From positions 34,844,001 through 34,908,000 of the forward strand of contig NC_135761.1 in assembly GCF_052425735.1 (NCBI RefSeq): 64,000 bases of DNA, written 5' to 3'. The DNA is from Oculina patagonica (taxonomy: Eukaryota). The translations under genes were made by a program, and so were the position numbers. The notes under the pieces are model-generated. The model was not told where the DNA came from and did no database searches. It saw only the letters and a program-made list of their open reading frames with translations. Positions 51,200-64,000 of the stretch are shown here, in pieces; positions within the stretch are counted from its first letter, which is position 1, and every line of letters begins with the position of its first letter.

Positions 51200-52045
51200 A
51201 ATTTTGGCATGATATCTCTTTGAGAAGACAAACCAGGCTGTAGTTTTGTTTCTGCATTGTTTATCATGCTCTTGGCATACTGGGCCTGAAGCATCGCCCA
51301 AATCTTGGGACATCACCCAAACGGATTACGATTTTGACGTAGGGTTCTCCCTCAGGTGGGGGATCTGTCACCCGAGCTTTTCTTGCTTCTCTTATCTAAG
51401 AAACGAACAAATCAAATTTTCAAATTTAATATAAATATTATTAATTTTAATACGTATTGAAATTCATTTTACACCTCCAATACAATTTCATTCATTTTTT
51501 GGTATGAAGCCTGAATTTTAAATTTATGGTAAAACATTGACTTTCTTGTTTGATAGCAGTGTGTAGCAGTGCACCTTTATTGCAATTTATTGTTTCTAAT
51601 AATTCATTAACTGGTTTCATTTATGCACATTATTCTCCAGAAGTATATTGTTTGATTAATTATACCTTCCTTAGTTCGTCCCTTTCATCTTGTTTTCTTT
51701 CTTCTTCTTTCTCACCATGCTCTCTCATCTCAGCAGAGGACTGATAGTAAATACAATGCATAAGTGATTGTAAGTCTTTTCTATTCAGAAAACACTTACA
51801 ATTCAATTACATTCAATTTTTGGTATCAAGCTTGCATTTTTTGATTTATAGTTTAAACAATTCTCTGTTGGTGATGACTAGCTCTAGCTTTAATTAAGCA
51901 ATGCACTTTCATTGTAAGTTATTGTTTCAAATAATTCATTAACAAGTTTCATTTATCCGCATTATTCTCCAGAAGTATTTTTTTTAATTATTCCTTCCTT
52001 ACATCGTCCCTTTCATCTTGTTTTCTTTCGCCTTCTTTCTCACCA
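51200..52045. repeat. Duplicate of ~54875-55735, including the 5' end of the pPolB fragment
   Basis: GGCATGATATCTCTTTGA...CATCACCCAAACGGATTACG...TTCATCTTGTTTTCTTTCGCC is shared by both. Each copy contains an internal ~300-bp tandem. Confidence 0.85.
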
Positions 52046-53172
52046 TCAACATCCTGATCATGATGGCTCAGATGCTCTGTCCTCTCAGCTGCTAGCGTTT
52101 GAATCAGGAGGTTTAACCTCTCAGATATACTATGTCCTCTCAGCTGCTAGCGTTTGAATCAGGAGGTTTAACCTCTCAGATATACTATCTGATTCCTGTT
52201 GACTTTCTGCATCTGATGCTAGAGTATTTTAAGAACGGGAGATATTAAATGTGAGGTAATTTGTCCATTTCTTTTGATGGCGATGCACTAGGCAAACTTG
52301 TGCAACAAATTGTTTTTGCCATTCTTTTGATGATGCCTCATCGCCTGTACTGCACGTTCTGCAAAGTTTGCAGGATTGGAATTGATGCCATTTCTTATTG
52401 CAAGTTACACAAATGCAATATTACTGAATTTATTCAACTGTGCACAATCCATGCCAGCAACTAAGGAGTTAAGGTCAAATGCACTCTCAATTTGTGCATC
52501 GTCAATCTGTTGACTCAAGACTGTCTGTGTAACTTTGTCAACAAGTTTTACTTGTGTTTTACTCACAATGTCCCTTTTCTTGTCCATTTCCTATAAACAG
52601 CCGCTAAGTGTGAGGTTATAATGTTCCTTTGTTTTTAATGAATCCTTGATGTGATTCAAGAGTCTTGACCTCACTCTTGTGTCTAGAAAGAATAAATATA
52701 CATGCCATCAGTCTGATTTGTGATGATGCCAAAATAATACTGCCATTGGTGGAGTGTCCATACAGGAACAGACAAACAGCTATCACATTGTTTGGGCTGT
52801 GTGCAAAGAACATTTGACTCCTAAATAGAGAATTGAAAATGCCACTCATAAATAGAATCATCTCATACATTCTGAAAGTTTTGAAAAAGTAAACATTCAT
52901 TTGTACTCACTGTTCACAATTACACTTGACAAAGTGATAGTTTTGATGTGTTGAGCAGCATCACTTCAGAGGTGTTGGCCAGAACGGAATGCTGGCCACT
53001 GGATATTTCTTGAAATACCATACTTTGGATCAAACTCCACCAGAGCCCTTTCCTCTTAAAATGACCAGATGAAAGGCTTGTTGTTGTGGTAAATCTGTGT
53101 AAAGGGATGCAACTGAGGAGCTTACCTCAGGTCGTGCCTGTTTGGGATAGGTATTGGTTCTTTTGGCTACTA

Positions 53173-53316
53173 CAGTCGAAGCTCTCGTAAGCGGACACCC
53201 TCGGGATGCGAAAAAAGTGTCCGTAACTGGAGCTGGCCGCTTACGAGAATGGTTCTCGTAAGCGGCCACGAGAAGTGTAAGGTATAGATGGCCGCTTACG
53301 GGAGCTTGCCCAGCTA
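53173..53316. mobile_element. Tc1/mariner (pogo/Tigger-like) MITE left end
   Basis: TA followed by CAGTCGAAGCTCTCGTAAGCGG, with internal inverted copies of CTCGTAAGCGG/CCGCTTACG. Confidence 0.55.
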
Positions 53317-53585
53317 ACAATAACCAGTCGGACATGGATGAGGGCAAAACAAACACTGAAACATTGTACTGTAGTTACTGTAAAATCATTGTGACGAACG
53401 GCGATGTGAAGTTGATTGTTAAAAACATGATATAGAGGCTGTTAACAGGATTTAGTAAGTATTGGGTGTTGGGGAAAGAACCAATCAGAATCGAGGATTT
53501 GGGGAAGCCTCCAATCAGAAAGGTGGATATCGAACACGTGGTACAAAAAAAATTTACATAATGAGATGCATACTTACAGTGGTTT

Positions 53586-53700
53586 TAATTTGCATATCGA
53601 TACTCGATACTCGGTCGATACTCGATATTTTGATACTCGGTCGATACTCGATCGATATTCGATAGTCCGATACTCGATATTCGATACTAATTTGCATTTT
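53586..53700. repeat. (TCGATAC)n-type CpG-rich array flanked by TAATTTGCAT direct repeats
   Basis: Seen directly. It abuts the 3' end of the pPolB fragment. Confidence 0.8.
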
Positions 53701-53712
53701 ATTAATTTTTTT

Positions 53713-54988
53713 TTAAGAAAAAATAAGTGGTGTGGGGAGTCGACTGCGGGCCGCTGGCATGACGCGCCTCGTCTTATATCCATAGTTTTTTGGACCAGCT
53801 GCTGCAAATTCTACAATGTAATCTTGAGGGTCGAGCTCATTGGTAAAATCTCCCAAAAAGTCTCCAAGAGGAAGGGCAGGGTCCGCAGGTCCTCGCCTGT
53901 AAATCAAAGAATCGGTATCAAAGTATAAAATTTGATGCGGGCGAAGACGAGCCAATCCTTCTTGGTAGAGTTTCAAGCGGGTGTAACACGTGGTAAAGCA
54001 AGCCACGAAGATGTTGACGTTGGGTTGAACCTGTTCACACTCGTCTCGATGTTTATGGACCACTTCCAACATGTCAGGATTCACGACGCGTATGTTGCTG
54101 ATGGTGACGCTTTCGTCGCACAACAAATTGTAAAAGTCAGCGGGAGAGGTAAAGGCTTCCATCTGAGGCTTGTTTCCCTGCTGACCATACTTGCCCACTA
54201 TTCAGCATCATCTTGGCAAGGGACCTTTTACCAGGATTCTTTTCAATTTTGTCAGGGTCGAGTCGTATGCCTTCTTTTCGCTCGTAATCATCGAGGTACT
54301 GCTGCCGTTTCTCCTCATCGTCACCCACCCAGTCAGGCCAACCACTGGCTTCCTGTTTCAACTTCAGAAACGTATCCACGTACGGCTTAAACAGCTCATT
54401 AGATCGGCGCTCAAAATGCCACACTTCGTGGACGTGTTCAATCGTATAACCCTGACGGACGGCTTCTTCCAATTCGGGGGTACACCAGGTCCCAGTCAAT
54501 TGGCGTTGTTCTCGGGTGTGAGAGCAGGTCATGGACCGGTCGGTCAAGGGTTTAGGTTGCTCCGTTTTGACACAAGTGCGACAGAGGGGAAAGGTCAGCT
54601 TGTTTCCATGACGGTACGAGAGGACAGGACTGTACAACTGATATGGCGGATTGACGGTACATTTTGCCAATCCAAAGTACTGACTGAGGTCCGTGTGTCC
54701 CGGTTCCAAAATTACTTTAGGGTGTCCTTCAGGATACGTGCAATTCTTATTGACCCAAGGGTACAAGGACGTAAAATCCACGTAATGAATCTCTTCATCC
54801 TCATGGGTCTGGTGGTACAATTTAATGGCATTGGTTCGACCTCCAAAAAAAGCGTCTCTAGGTTCCAGATTTGTGGCATGATATCTCTTTGACAAGAGAA
54901 ACCAGGCTGTAGTTCTGTCTCTGCATTGTTTATCATGCTCTTGGCATACTGGGACTGAAGCATCGCCCAAATAATCTCGGGACATCAC
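53713..54988 (-). pseudogene. Protein-primed family B DNA polymerase of a Maverick/Polinton (or adintovirus-like) element, partial with one frameshift
   Basis: PRDAFFGGRTNA, YVDFTSLYP, TGTWCTPEL, LKLKQEASGWP, RSLAKMMLNS/(W)GKYGQ, LYFDTDSLIY, LGDFLGDFTNEL and AGPKNYGY. Frameshift at ~54195. Confidence 0.92.
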
Positions 54989-55717
54989 CCAAACGGATTA
55001 CGATCTTGACGTAGGGTTCCCCCTCAGGTGGGGGATCTGTCACCCGAGCTTTTCTTGCTTCTCTTATCTAAGAAACGAACAAATCAAATTTTCAAATTTA
55101 ATATAAGTATTATTAATTTTAATAAGTATTGAAATGCATTTTACACCTCCAATACAATTACATTCATTTTTTGGTATGAAGCCTGAATTTAAAATTTATG
55201 GTAAAACATTGACTTTCTTGTTTGATAGCAGTGTGGATAATTCTCTGTTGATGTTGACTAGCTCTAGCTTTGAGCAGTGCACCTTTATTGCAATTTATTG
55301 TTTCTAATAATTCATTAACTGGTTTCATTTATGCACATTATTCTTCAGAAGTATATTGTTTGATTAATTATACCTTCCTTAGTTCGTCCCTCTTGTTTTC
55401 CTTCTTCTTCTTTCTCACCCTGCTCTCTCATCTCAGCAAAGGACTGATAGTAAATACAATGCATAAGTGATTGTAAGTCTTTTCTATTCAGAAAACACTT
55501 ACAATTCAATTACATTCAATTTTTGGTATCCAGCTTGCATTTTAAATTTATAGTTTAAACAATTCTCTGTTGGTGATGACTAGCTCCAGCTTTAATTAAG
55601 CAATGCACTTTCATTGTAAGTTATTTTTTTAAAAAATTCATTAACAAGTTTCATTTATCCGCATTATTCTCCAGAAGTATATTTTTTAATTATTCCTTCC
55701 TTACATCGTCCCTTTCA

Positions 55718-56682
<965 letters not shown>

Positions 56683-57326
56683 GCTGAATTCACGGAACAG
56701 ACCAAAGAACGCGAAAACTATACAGTGCTGGCTTACTATTATCATAAATTTTACACTCTGAGGGGCACAAATATGGCCGACATCCATATTTGGAAAATCT
56801 TGTGGCGTCACGTGAAAACCAAGAATAGGGATTTGAAAATTACACTCCTTAATAGAAAATTGAAAATTTAACTCCTAAGTAGAAAATTGAAAATGTTAGT
56901 CCTAAATAGAATCATCTCATACTTTCTGCAAGTTTTGAAAATTTTTATTTTTTTTATTTTTCACTCACTGTTAAGAATTACACTTGATTCAGTGCTAAAT
57001 TTGATGTGTTGAGCAGCATCACATCAGAAGTGATGGTCAGAACGAAATGCTGGCCACTCGGTATTTCTTGAAATACCATTCTTCAGATCCATTGAAGCTA
57101 AACCCACAAACTCCACCACGGCCCTTTCCTCTTCAAACGACCACTTGTGTAATTGCACAGGTAATTTTACAAGTACTGATAATGGTGACTTCCTTACTTC
57201 AGTGCTAACAACCTAGAAAGGAAACATTAGGAGAAACTATTACTACTTTCAAGGTCATTAATTATCTTTACTCTTTGAATAAACAAATTTAATGACTATC
57301 TAGAATAAAAATCAGCGAAAATAAAT

Positions 57327-57360
57327 GACGTTTCGATGAATCGCGGTTCATCATTATCAA
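57327..57360 (-). ncRNA. Hammerhead-ribozyme-like motif in a Penelope pLTR
   Basis: Minus strand reads TTGATAA-T-GATGAA-ccgcga-TTCATC-GAAAC-GTC: a variant CUGANGA core, stem II and GAAA. It lies just 3' of the GIY-YIG ORF. Confidence 0.5.
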
Positions 57361-57469
57361 ATTCTAAAAAAGTCAGATTCTGATGAGTTCAATATATATT
57401 AAGAGTGCGTGTGAAAATCTCGTTGCATAAAATTAAAGACTATACAATGTGAATTGTATTGTATAGTGT

Positions 57470-57815
57470 TCTTCAAGATTGTAAATTGCTTGTTAAGATC
57501 TTTGTTACTCTGGTTGTGGGCATCACGCAGGTGGTTTCCAATAGCTGAGTGCTTATGTTCATCAATGCGTTGGAAAAGGTGTCGGCGAGTGTAGCCTACA
57601 TAATCCGCATCACACGAATCACATTTAAATTTGTAAACAACACATTGTTGATTTATAAGCGGCGGTTTGGCCTCTGCTACATTGATGTCGTCGGCAATTT
57701 TCTTGCTTGTGAAAACTGGGCGTAGATCGCTGTTTATTTTCTTGCCAAGATCTGACAGCTGTCTTCGTACAACGTCTGCTGATCTTTGGTCTTTGAATGG
57801 CAGAATAATCCGAAA
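57470..57815 (-). pseudogene. Penelope-like GIY-YIG endonuclease fragment
   Basis: ILPFKDQRSA...CVVYKFKCDSCDADYVGYTRRHLFQRIDEHKHSAIGNHL. Confidence 0.9.
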
Positions 57816-58269
57816 GGTCCTAGACCACCTAAGGCACTTGTGAGATCCATCAACCAACTGAAGAAACGAGACGGATATCGTAATCACGAAACCGGACAAA
57901 GGGACAGGTGTCGTCGTCATGAACTGTGACTTTTTTTAGCCCTTCGACAATTCCTTATTGCATTTTGTTGACTAGTCCTGAACATGAAATTTTATACTTT
58001 CTCGTTGTTTTTTAGTCTAATAATTTTGTGTGCCTTTGGAATATGTTCAAAGATGATCAACGATCTTCACAAACAAATCTGTAAATGCAGCCTAATAATT
58101 CCCTCTGTTTTTGGGTGCAACAATGATGCACCTTCTTTGTATACTCTCTTCTCTACTTTATCATACGCGCTGAACGTTCTTTTCTCCTCTTTCATAAACG
58201 TCAGCCATTTCTGCTTTTCCTCCTTTCCTAACATCATCATTATTCACACACTTCTCTACCATACTTCGT

Positions 58270-58550
58270 AGACCGTTGAAGTCAACGGCAGCATTATTCA
58301 GTTTGACCATCTCTGGGAGTTCAGGGGAAAGATTGTCAAAGAGTATGATGGGCTCCTACTCCTCACCAACCCACTGACTTGTACTCCACGCCTTGAAATG
58401 GAGAACAGCCTTTCCAACGTTGTTTTTCACAATGACAAAACTGTGGAAGCTGTTTAGGCCATAGATGGGTTTCATGTAAGGAAGAAGCCACTCCTGTACT
58501 GCGTACAGGTGCGGAAGAGTCACGTACTGGGTCTTGGCTCCTTCCTGCAT
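58270..58550 (-). pseudogene. DUF7869-family transposase C-terminal fragment
   Basis: LYAVQEWLLPYMKPIYGLNSFHSFVI...GKAVLHFKAWSTSQW. Confidence 0.5.
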
Positions 58551-58629
58551 TGTCTCTTCACTGGTTAAGGCATTTAAGGATCTTTTCCTCTTTTAATGAT
58601 ACATGCTCCACCAGCTTCTTAAAATGGCC

Positions 58630-58860
58630 TCCGTGAATAACAGCTCTCTTCGAAATGAGCTGAACATAAGGACGCGTATTTGCTAGGTTCAGCGAAGTCT
58701 CTGCGGTGTTGCTGCACAAACTTAATCCATTTTTTCTCTCAAATCCCGATTAGAAGGGAATTGGTGCATTGTGACACCCGGAGTAAACGTGTTGCGGCAA
58801 CTCTCGCTGTTCTGGGCGCCTACGACGCAGTATCTCCCCCCCCTCTCCCCCTTCCTGTTG
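58630..58860 (-). pseudogene. THAP domain fragment
   Basis: GGRYCVVGAQNSESCRNTFTPGVTMHQFPSNRDLREK then, after a frameshift, WIKFVQQHRRDF...LCSAHFEESCY. Confidence 0.75.
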
Positions 58861-59184
58861 ACATTCACTTCAATTCGTGTGTCACTTCTTGTTGTGGTGG
58901 TGTCCATAAAGGGAAGTCCCTGCTCTGTGGTGTCCTCAGTGTCTTCTTTTGCAGTAACTTTTTCCCGTAGTCTTTGTGACTTTTATCCCATAGGAGTCTG
59001 TTATCTTTATTTTAGTACATATATACATAAAAATTTACACTGTAAGCATAGTATTTTTTTGGAAAAGAAAATTTTGTCTCGAATAAGGGCCTTCCCTTGA
59101 AATGCTTAAAGTAAATAAGCGCCCCGGGTGTGAAATCAAATCAGTATGGTACATGGGACCATCAACACCCTAAATTATTTAACA

Positions 59185-59895
59185 ATAATTATTCAATACA
59201 GTGGAGGCGAATAGTGGTGGATATTTACCAAGCCGCAAAATGGTAAGGTAAATATCCACCACATTCACCGGCACTGAGGTGAAAATTTGTTTTAGTATAT
59301 ACAAGTTAAATAACTAGCTGACAAAAACATCACTTTTCATGCACACCAATTGGTTAGTTAGTACTATTCACTTCCGGGAAGCTAAAGAAAAACAAACTGC
59401 CTTTGAGTGTTGCTTTGTTTACCGCAAGTTTTTGCCTGCCAGTTATTCAACTTGTGTTGTATAATAAAACAGATATTCATTGTTGGTGAATGTGGTGCAA
59501 AGCAGCTTGGTAAATACTCACTACTATTCACCTTCACTTCGGTGAACAACTTGTAATTGGTATATACCACACAAGTAAATAGTGCTTTTCGCACATGCTG
59601 ATTGGTTAACTCTTTGGTGATTAGCAAAGTTCTATTCACCTCCGAGCAAGTAAAGAGAAATTAACTGCCTTTGCGTGTCACTTTGCACAGAAAAAGCACT
59701 ATTTACTCACTACTGTTCATCTTCACTTTGGTGAATAACATGTAATTGGTATATACCACACAAGTAAATAGTGCTTTTCGCACGTGCTGATTGGTTAACT
59801 CTTTGGTGATTAGCAAAGTTCTATTCACCTCCAAGCAGGTAAAGAGAAATAAACTGCCTTTGCGTGTCGCTTTGCACAGAAAAAGCACTATTTAC
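59185..59895. repeat. Palindromic non-autonomous repeat with an internal ~190-bp tandem duplication
   Basis: Hairpin GGTGGATATTTACC...GGTAAATATCCACC. The segment TATATACCACACAAGTAAATAGTGC...GCACAGAAAAAGCACTATTTAC occurs twice. Confidence 0.7.
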
Positions 59896-59925
59896 TTGCC
59901 AAAGTAGTTTTCGGCATCAGTTTCT

Positions 59926-60165
59926 TTAAAGCACTTGGTAGTTTGGTCCAGTCGTTAATGGCCATTCCATTCTTGGCCTACTGACTTTGGGCATATAGCC
60001 ATTTCGGGTATTATAACCGTGTTGTTGGTTCATGGTGGTTCTGAATACACCGAAATGTTCGGGAATGCTACCTTTCATTGCATATTGCACAACACAACAC
60101 CGATGACCCAACCGCCTCACATGTAAAGACACCCACCGCAATGATGTCAGAGCCTCTGCTGACGA
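59926..60165 (-). mobile_element. LINE RT C-terminal fragment
   Basis: LRWVSLHVRRLGHRC...HGYNTRN...PRMEW. Confidence 0.6.
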
Positions 60166-60169
60166 CAAT

Positions 60170-60805
60170 TTGGACTTGAAGGCCCAGGTTTGTTTTTGTT
60201 GTCAACTTGGTAAGTTTGACTTTTCTTTAACTGCTTCTCTCCTTTCCAGTTCTGAATTTTGTCAGGTTTATGCTTGAGATTATCATAAAAGCTCAATAAA
60301 GCATTGTCATTTGGAAAGTTAGTGTAAAACAAAATGGCTGCATTATCGTCTTTAATTTTGTCCAAAGAAAACTGATGATCCAACAAGACTGTTTTTTTTT
60401 TCTTTTTCCAGCTGCACTATTTTATCTTTATACCGCGAGTTTTGCCTTTCTAACAGTTCAATCCTTTCTAGCAGAGATTGCACTGTGTCAATTTCAGGAT
60501 CAACTGGTGTCATTTCTGGTGGGGTGGTTTCACTTGTAACAGATTCCAGTGGAGCTTGTCCATCACATTCTGATAGGCCTGCTGCCATATAGAGCTCAGT
60601 TTCAGCTGCTTTATTTTTTTCCATGATGTTGGGGTGGGCTCTCTTTTACTTGGAGGAAAATATGGATAGTTCTGCACCTGAAGATAACATACCAGACTCC
60701 TTAGATAAATGAAAAATGCCATTATAATAATAAAATGTCATTTGTCCTCTGAATATTGAACTACCTGTTGCATCCAGGACAAACTGTGCTGATCAAATAC
60801 CCTAA
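60170..60805 (-). pseudogene. Second copy of the ISL2EU-type transposase N-terminal region (paralog of 30650-31245)
   Basis: VDPEIDTVQSLLERIELLERQNS...DDNAAILFYTNFPN...KGEK. Confidence 0.75.
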
Positions 60806-60875
60806 CAGGGTATGTCTGTCCAAGTTTAATGGGATGATTGCTGAATAAATGTGCAGTTTCGGTGGCATTAATGTA

Positions 60876-61373
60876 TCAATGTGGCAAGGACCAACAGGCT
60901 TTATCATACAAGGCATTTCCAAGACGCATGCACAAGTAAAAAAGCTTACTCCAATCTGAGTGCAGGTGGCTTCCAAGTAGAAGCGAAATGTCGAAGGTTA
61001 GGATTGTGTGAGCGACTGCCAGAGAAATCAGGCTACAGGCATTGCTTCCATTGCGACCATCGATACTTAACTGGCAAAACTCTGCAGGGAACATCCAACT
61101 GTACATGTCACCATCGACCAAGGAAATGGGTTTAACTTCTCTGGAAGGTTCTTGCACGGTATTTTCACCCAGTTCTGCCCCAATGTCATCCCACTCTAAT
61201 TCACTCGAGTCAGACTCCTCATCACCATCTCCAAAATGTTGATCGTTGCTGTCAGAGAATTCGAACTCACTAAAGTCACCTTTTGTAGCTGCTTTAACAT
61301 CAAAGCGCTTTTGGGCAATTTGGGCCTTAGCAAAGTCCAAACCTTTTAGTGCTAACGTGATCTTTCCGCACAC
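60876..61373 (-). pseudogene. 'GRNGSNAC' motif protein fragment, longest copy
   Basis: SWMFPAEFCQLSIDGRNGSNACSLISLAVAH...LGNALYD. Confidence 0.5.
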
Positions 61374-62929
61374 AGCAAAGGAATCAGTACCTTCATAGCA
61401 ATATCGGCCATTCTGAAAATGGAGCCAGAAATCATCCTGTTTGTCTTTAGTTAGTCAATCTGTCTTTTATGCAACAATTCACATTTAAATATATTTTTAT
61501 GTTCATATGAATATGGACTGGAAAAAATTAAATCTAACATTGGAAGATACGCACACCTACCGAGCTACCTTCAGAGGAGGAAAGTGACAAATGTGAACTC
61601 ATAATCATACAATGTGTTCTTGTTTTACTTTTGTTGTTTTTTCTATTTGACCTCATTTTCTTCAAAAAGACACCAAGGTCCTTTCCTATTGAGGAAGCAA
61701 ATTTCATATTGACAATACCTGTAAAATCAAAACAACATACCAAAAGTAACATTAGTTTTTTTAAAACTGTAATGGTATTTCAGGCATTAGATAACATTAA
61801 ATTCATAATAGAAAAAGCATACTACCAACACCAAAAGAAGTTGAAAACATTAACTGAGATGATAAATAGTGTAATAACGATAACACAAAAAAGGACTGTC
61901 CTGTTTTGGCTATATGCAGGTCTTGTCTCATAACTTCATTTTAACATTCAAACATCATTTTATTAATATTCTTGTTGTAAAGCGTATGGGCAATTAGGGG
62001 GGGAAAATTATTAACACTGGCAGCCAGTGACCCATGGCCTGCACATGTCTTCAGCTGTAACAGCAGCTGAGCATGATTTTCTGTTTTTTCTTCAGATTAG
62101 ACGGTTCTCTTTCGACAAATTGTAACATTGCTATAAGCACCATCCCCAGTACAAGACCCTTGGTCCCAGATCTGTATAAATGAACTGCCTGAGCTCCTCT
62201 GCTAAAATGTCTAATATGCTGGGTTTCTCTTGTGAAGATATAGAAAATATTTCCAAGGGGAACACTTGTTACTCATGCCGACTAATGTTCAGCCATTCTG
62301 TAAGGAGTGATTCGCTAACAGTAATGATGATGAGGAGGACGACGATGACAACAACAACGTGTTTTGGCAGAAATACATGCAATTGCCAGTGTTTGCTGTA
62401 TTATTGCACCTTATCCGATTCAATATTCCAAATCTATTGCCAGCCTTTTGAGGTACTGGTACTTGAGTTTCAGTTTTACTAAGGTTAACAGCAGTGGAAC
62501 TGGAAGTTTGAGATTCAGTCATTTTGCAGAACTGCTGGACACGCACACTTGCTTCCAGTGAAGTAACCTTTTGCTTTACAATAATGGATCTTATAGTAAA
62601 GTATTTTACTAAGCTTAAAAATTCCTTTCTGGAACATTCGCATTGATCGTAGTCGTTGTCGCGCTCGTTGTCAGTATGAGGCTCCGCGGAATAAACTATA
62701 GAGTTTGTGGGGTTTATTCTCCAGACGCACGTAGTGATGTCTATTATTTTAGGCTGAATTTTAAAATATCAAAAATTGGGCTATTATAATCTGTGACTTG
62801 CCATAACGTTCCTAGAGCATTTGAATGGCGGCATCGTAATTCGAGCTTGAGTGTAAGACCTTGTATGCTCCTCATGGCGTTTCCTTAGAGTAGAAAACTT
62901 AGATAACTGAACTTGTCGATTGTTGAGAT

Positions 62930-63665
62930 TCAGATTTTTATTATTTCACACTATTTACAAATAAATTTCACCATCACACACTATTTACAGAAAATTTTTT
63001 AATTAAAATAAGGAAAATATAACAATAATAAAGCCAAAATAAAATGTGCTCAGTGACCAAAGAAGCATATGCTATCGTGTTGGTCACTGACACATTAAAA
63101 AAAGACAAGACATATCGATTAATAGAGACAATAGAAAAAAGGAAGTTAAATGTGAATAACAAAAGTTAAATGAATAAATCATAATTAAGCTATATACATA
63201 ATACAGAGAAATTATGCTGGAAGAGTATTTTGGGTATTTAAAAGGTATAGTTTATATTGCTTATAAAAGGAAGTGTAAGGCAGCTTTTTTAAATCTGTTG
63301 GAATAGTTTCCCAAAGTTTTGATGTAACAAAAGAGAAAGTAGTGGACCCATAGTTATTTACTCTTGGCATATGAAAATTCAAGTTAGCAGCAAATCTTGT
63401 ATTGTAGGTGATGTATATAATATTCTTATGTGGACGAGGGAGGAAACTTTCGCCAGGAAAAATGAACTGAGTAAGAGTTCTATGGAATATTGCTGGAATG
63501 TTTGTTGAGTTGTTTAAATTTTATGAGTAAAAAGAGCCACTTTAAATTTGTACACATTTTCAAATTTGAGAATTCCTAAAAGATTGTAATATGGTGAAGC
63601 ATTTTCCCTGCTTTAAGCAAAGAATATGCTTCGGACACAATTATTCTGCTTAGTTATGATTAACA
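62930..63665 (-). mobile_element. 5'-truncated CR1-like LINE
   Basis: KQNNCVRSIFF...SPYYNLLGILKF...YNTRFAANLNFHMPRVNNYG...KLWETIP, with an AT-rich 3' UTR to the left. Confidence 0.75.
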
Positions 63666-63807
63666 GTTATGTTAAAAATGAGAAAAGTATGTCATCATGA
63701 ATGAGAACTACAAAGTAAAAAAAATGGTGGGTTGAAGACTGGTGGGCATGGAGGAGGATTGTGAATAGAAACAGTGCTAAAAGAAACAATAAATAACGAT
63801 TTACTTA

Positions 63808-63960
63808 CTGAATTTATTACTTCAAAAAGAACATTGATGGTCAAGTTACTGCCATGGGGCCATTCGCACATATCCAGAAATTCGAATGCTCTGGTGTGGA
63901 GGTTGTTTAAGACACCTGTTACATGGGTTTTCAAGCGCCACGCGCTTCCATCGGTCTACA
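63808..63960 (-). pseudogene. DUF7869-family (Sola-like) transposase core exon
   Basis: LKTHVTGVLNN...FEFLDMCEWPHGSNLTINVLFE, bounded by AG/GT splice sites. Confidence 0.55.
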
Positions 63961-64000
63961 GAGGTAAAAGTGAAGTAAACGATTAATGTGAGAACCTGAA

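Noticed and set aside
53361-53380. GTAGTTAC as a possible Maverick terminus
   Set aside because: It is not a clean AGTAGT/AGAG terminus, has no partner TIR or 6-bp TSD, and appears continuous with the adjacent MITE.
53932-54892. Long + strand ORFs (152 and 233 aa)
   Set aside because: They are antisense shadows of the pPolB coding strand with no recognisable motifs.

Overview
AT-rich eukaryotic, almost certainly animal, genomic DNA. The repeat families and short GT-AG introns resemble an anthozoan or stony coral, but this is an inference. No intact host gene, rRNA, tRNA or CRISPR array is evident. The window is a dense graveyard of transposable-element (TE) fragments: Ty1/copia, BEL/Pao, LINE, Penelope-like, DIRS, Helitron, KDZ/CxC5, RecQ-like (AcademH-type) helicase, ISL2EU/Harbinger-type DDE and SWIM, MULE/ALS2CR8, hAT, THAP, DUF7869, Maverick/Polinton pPolB, and several MITEs. 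It also carries extensive local tandem or segmental duplication. The most striking feature is orientation. Every recognisable TE coding fragment from 1 to ~12.2 kb is on the + strand, and nearly every one from ~18.2 to 64 kb (about 25 different pieces) is on the - strand. A CpG-richer, TE-ORF-free stretch with divergent splice donors lies at the switch (~14.3-15.2 kb). This is the architecture expected of a bidirectionally transcribed, TE-antisense piRNA cluster (a hypothesis). Domain calls come from visual motif recognition rather than database searches, and boundaries without a stated TIR/TSD are approximate.
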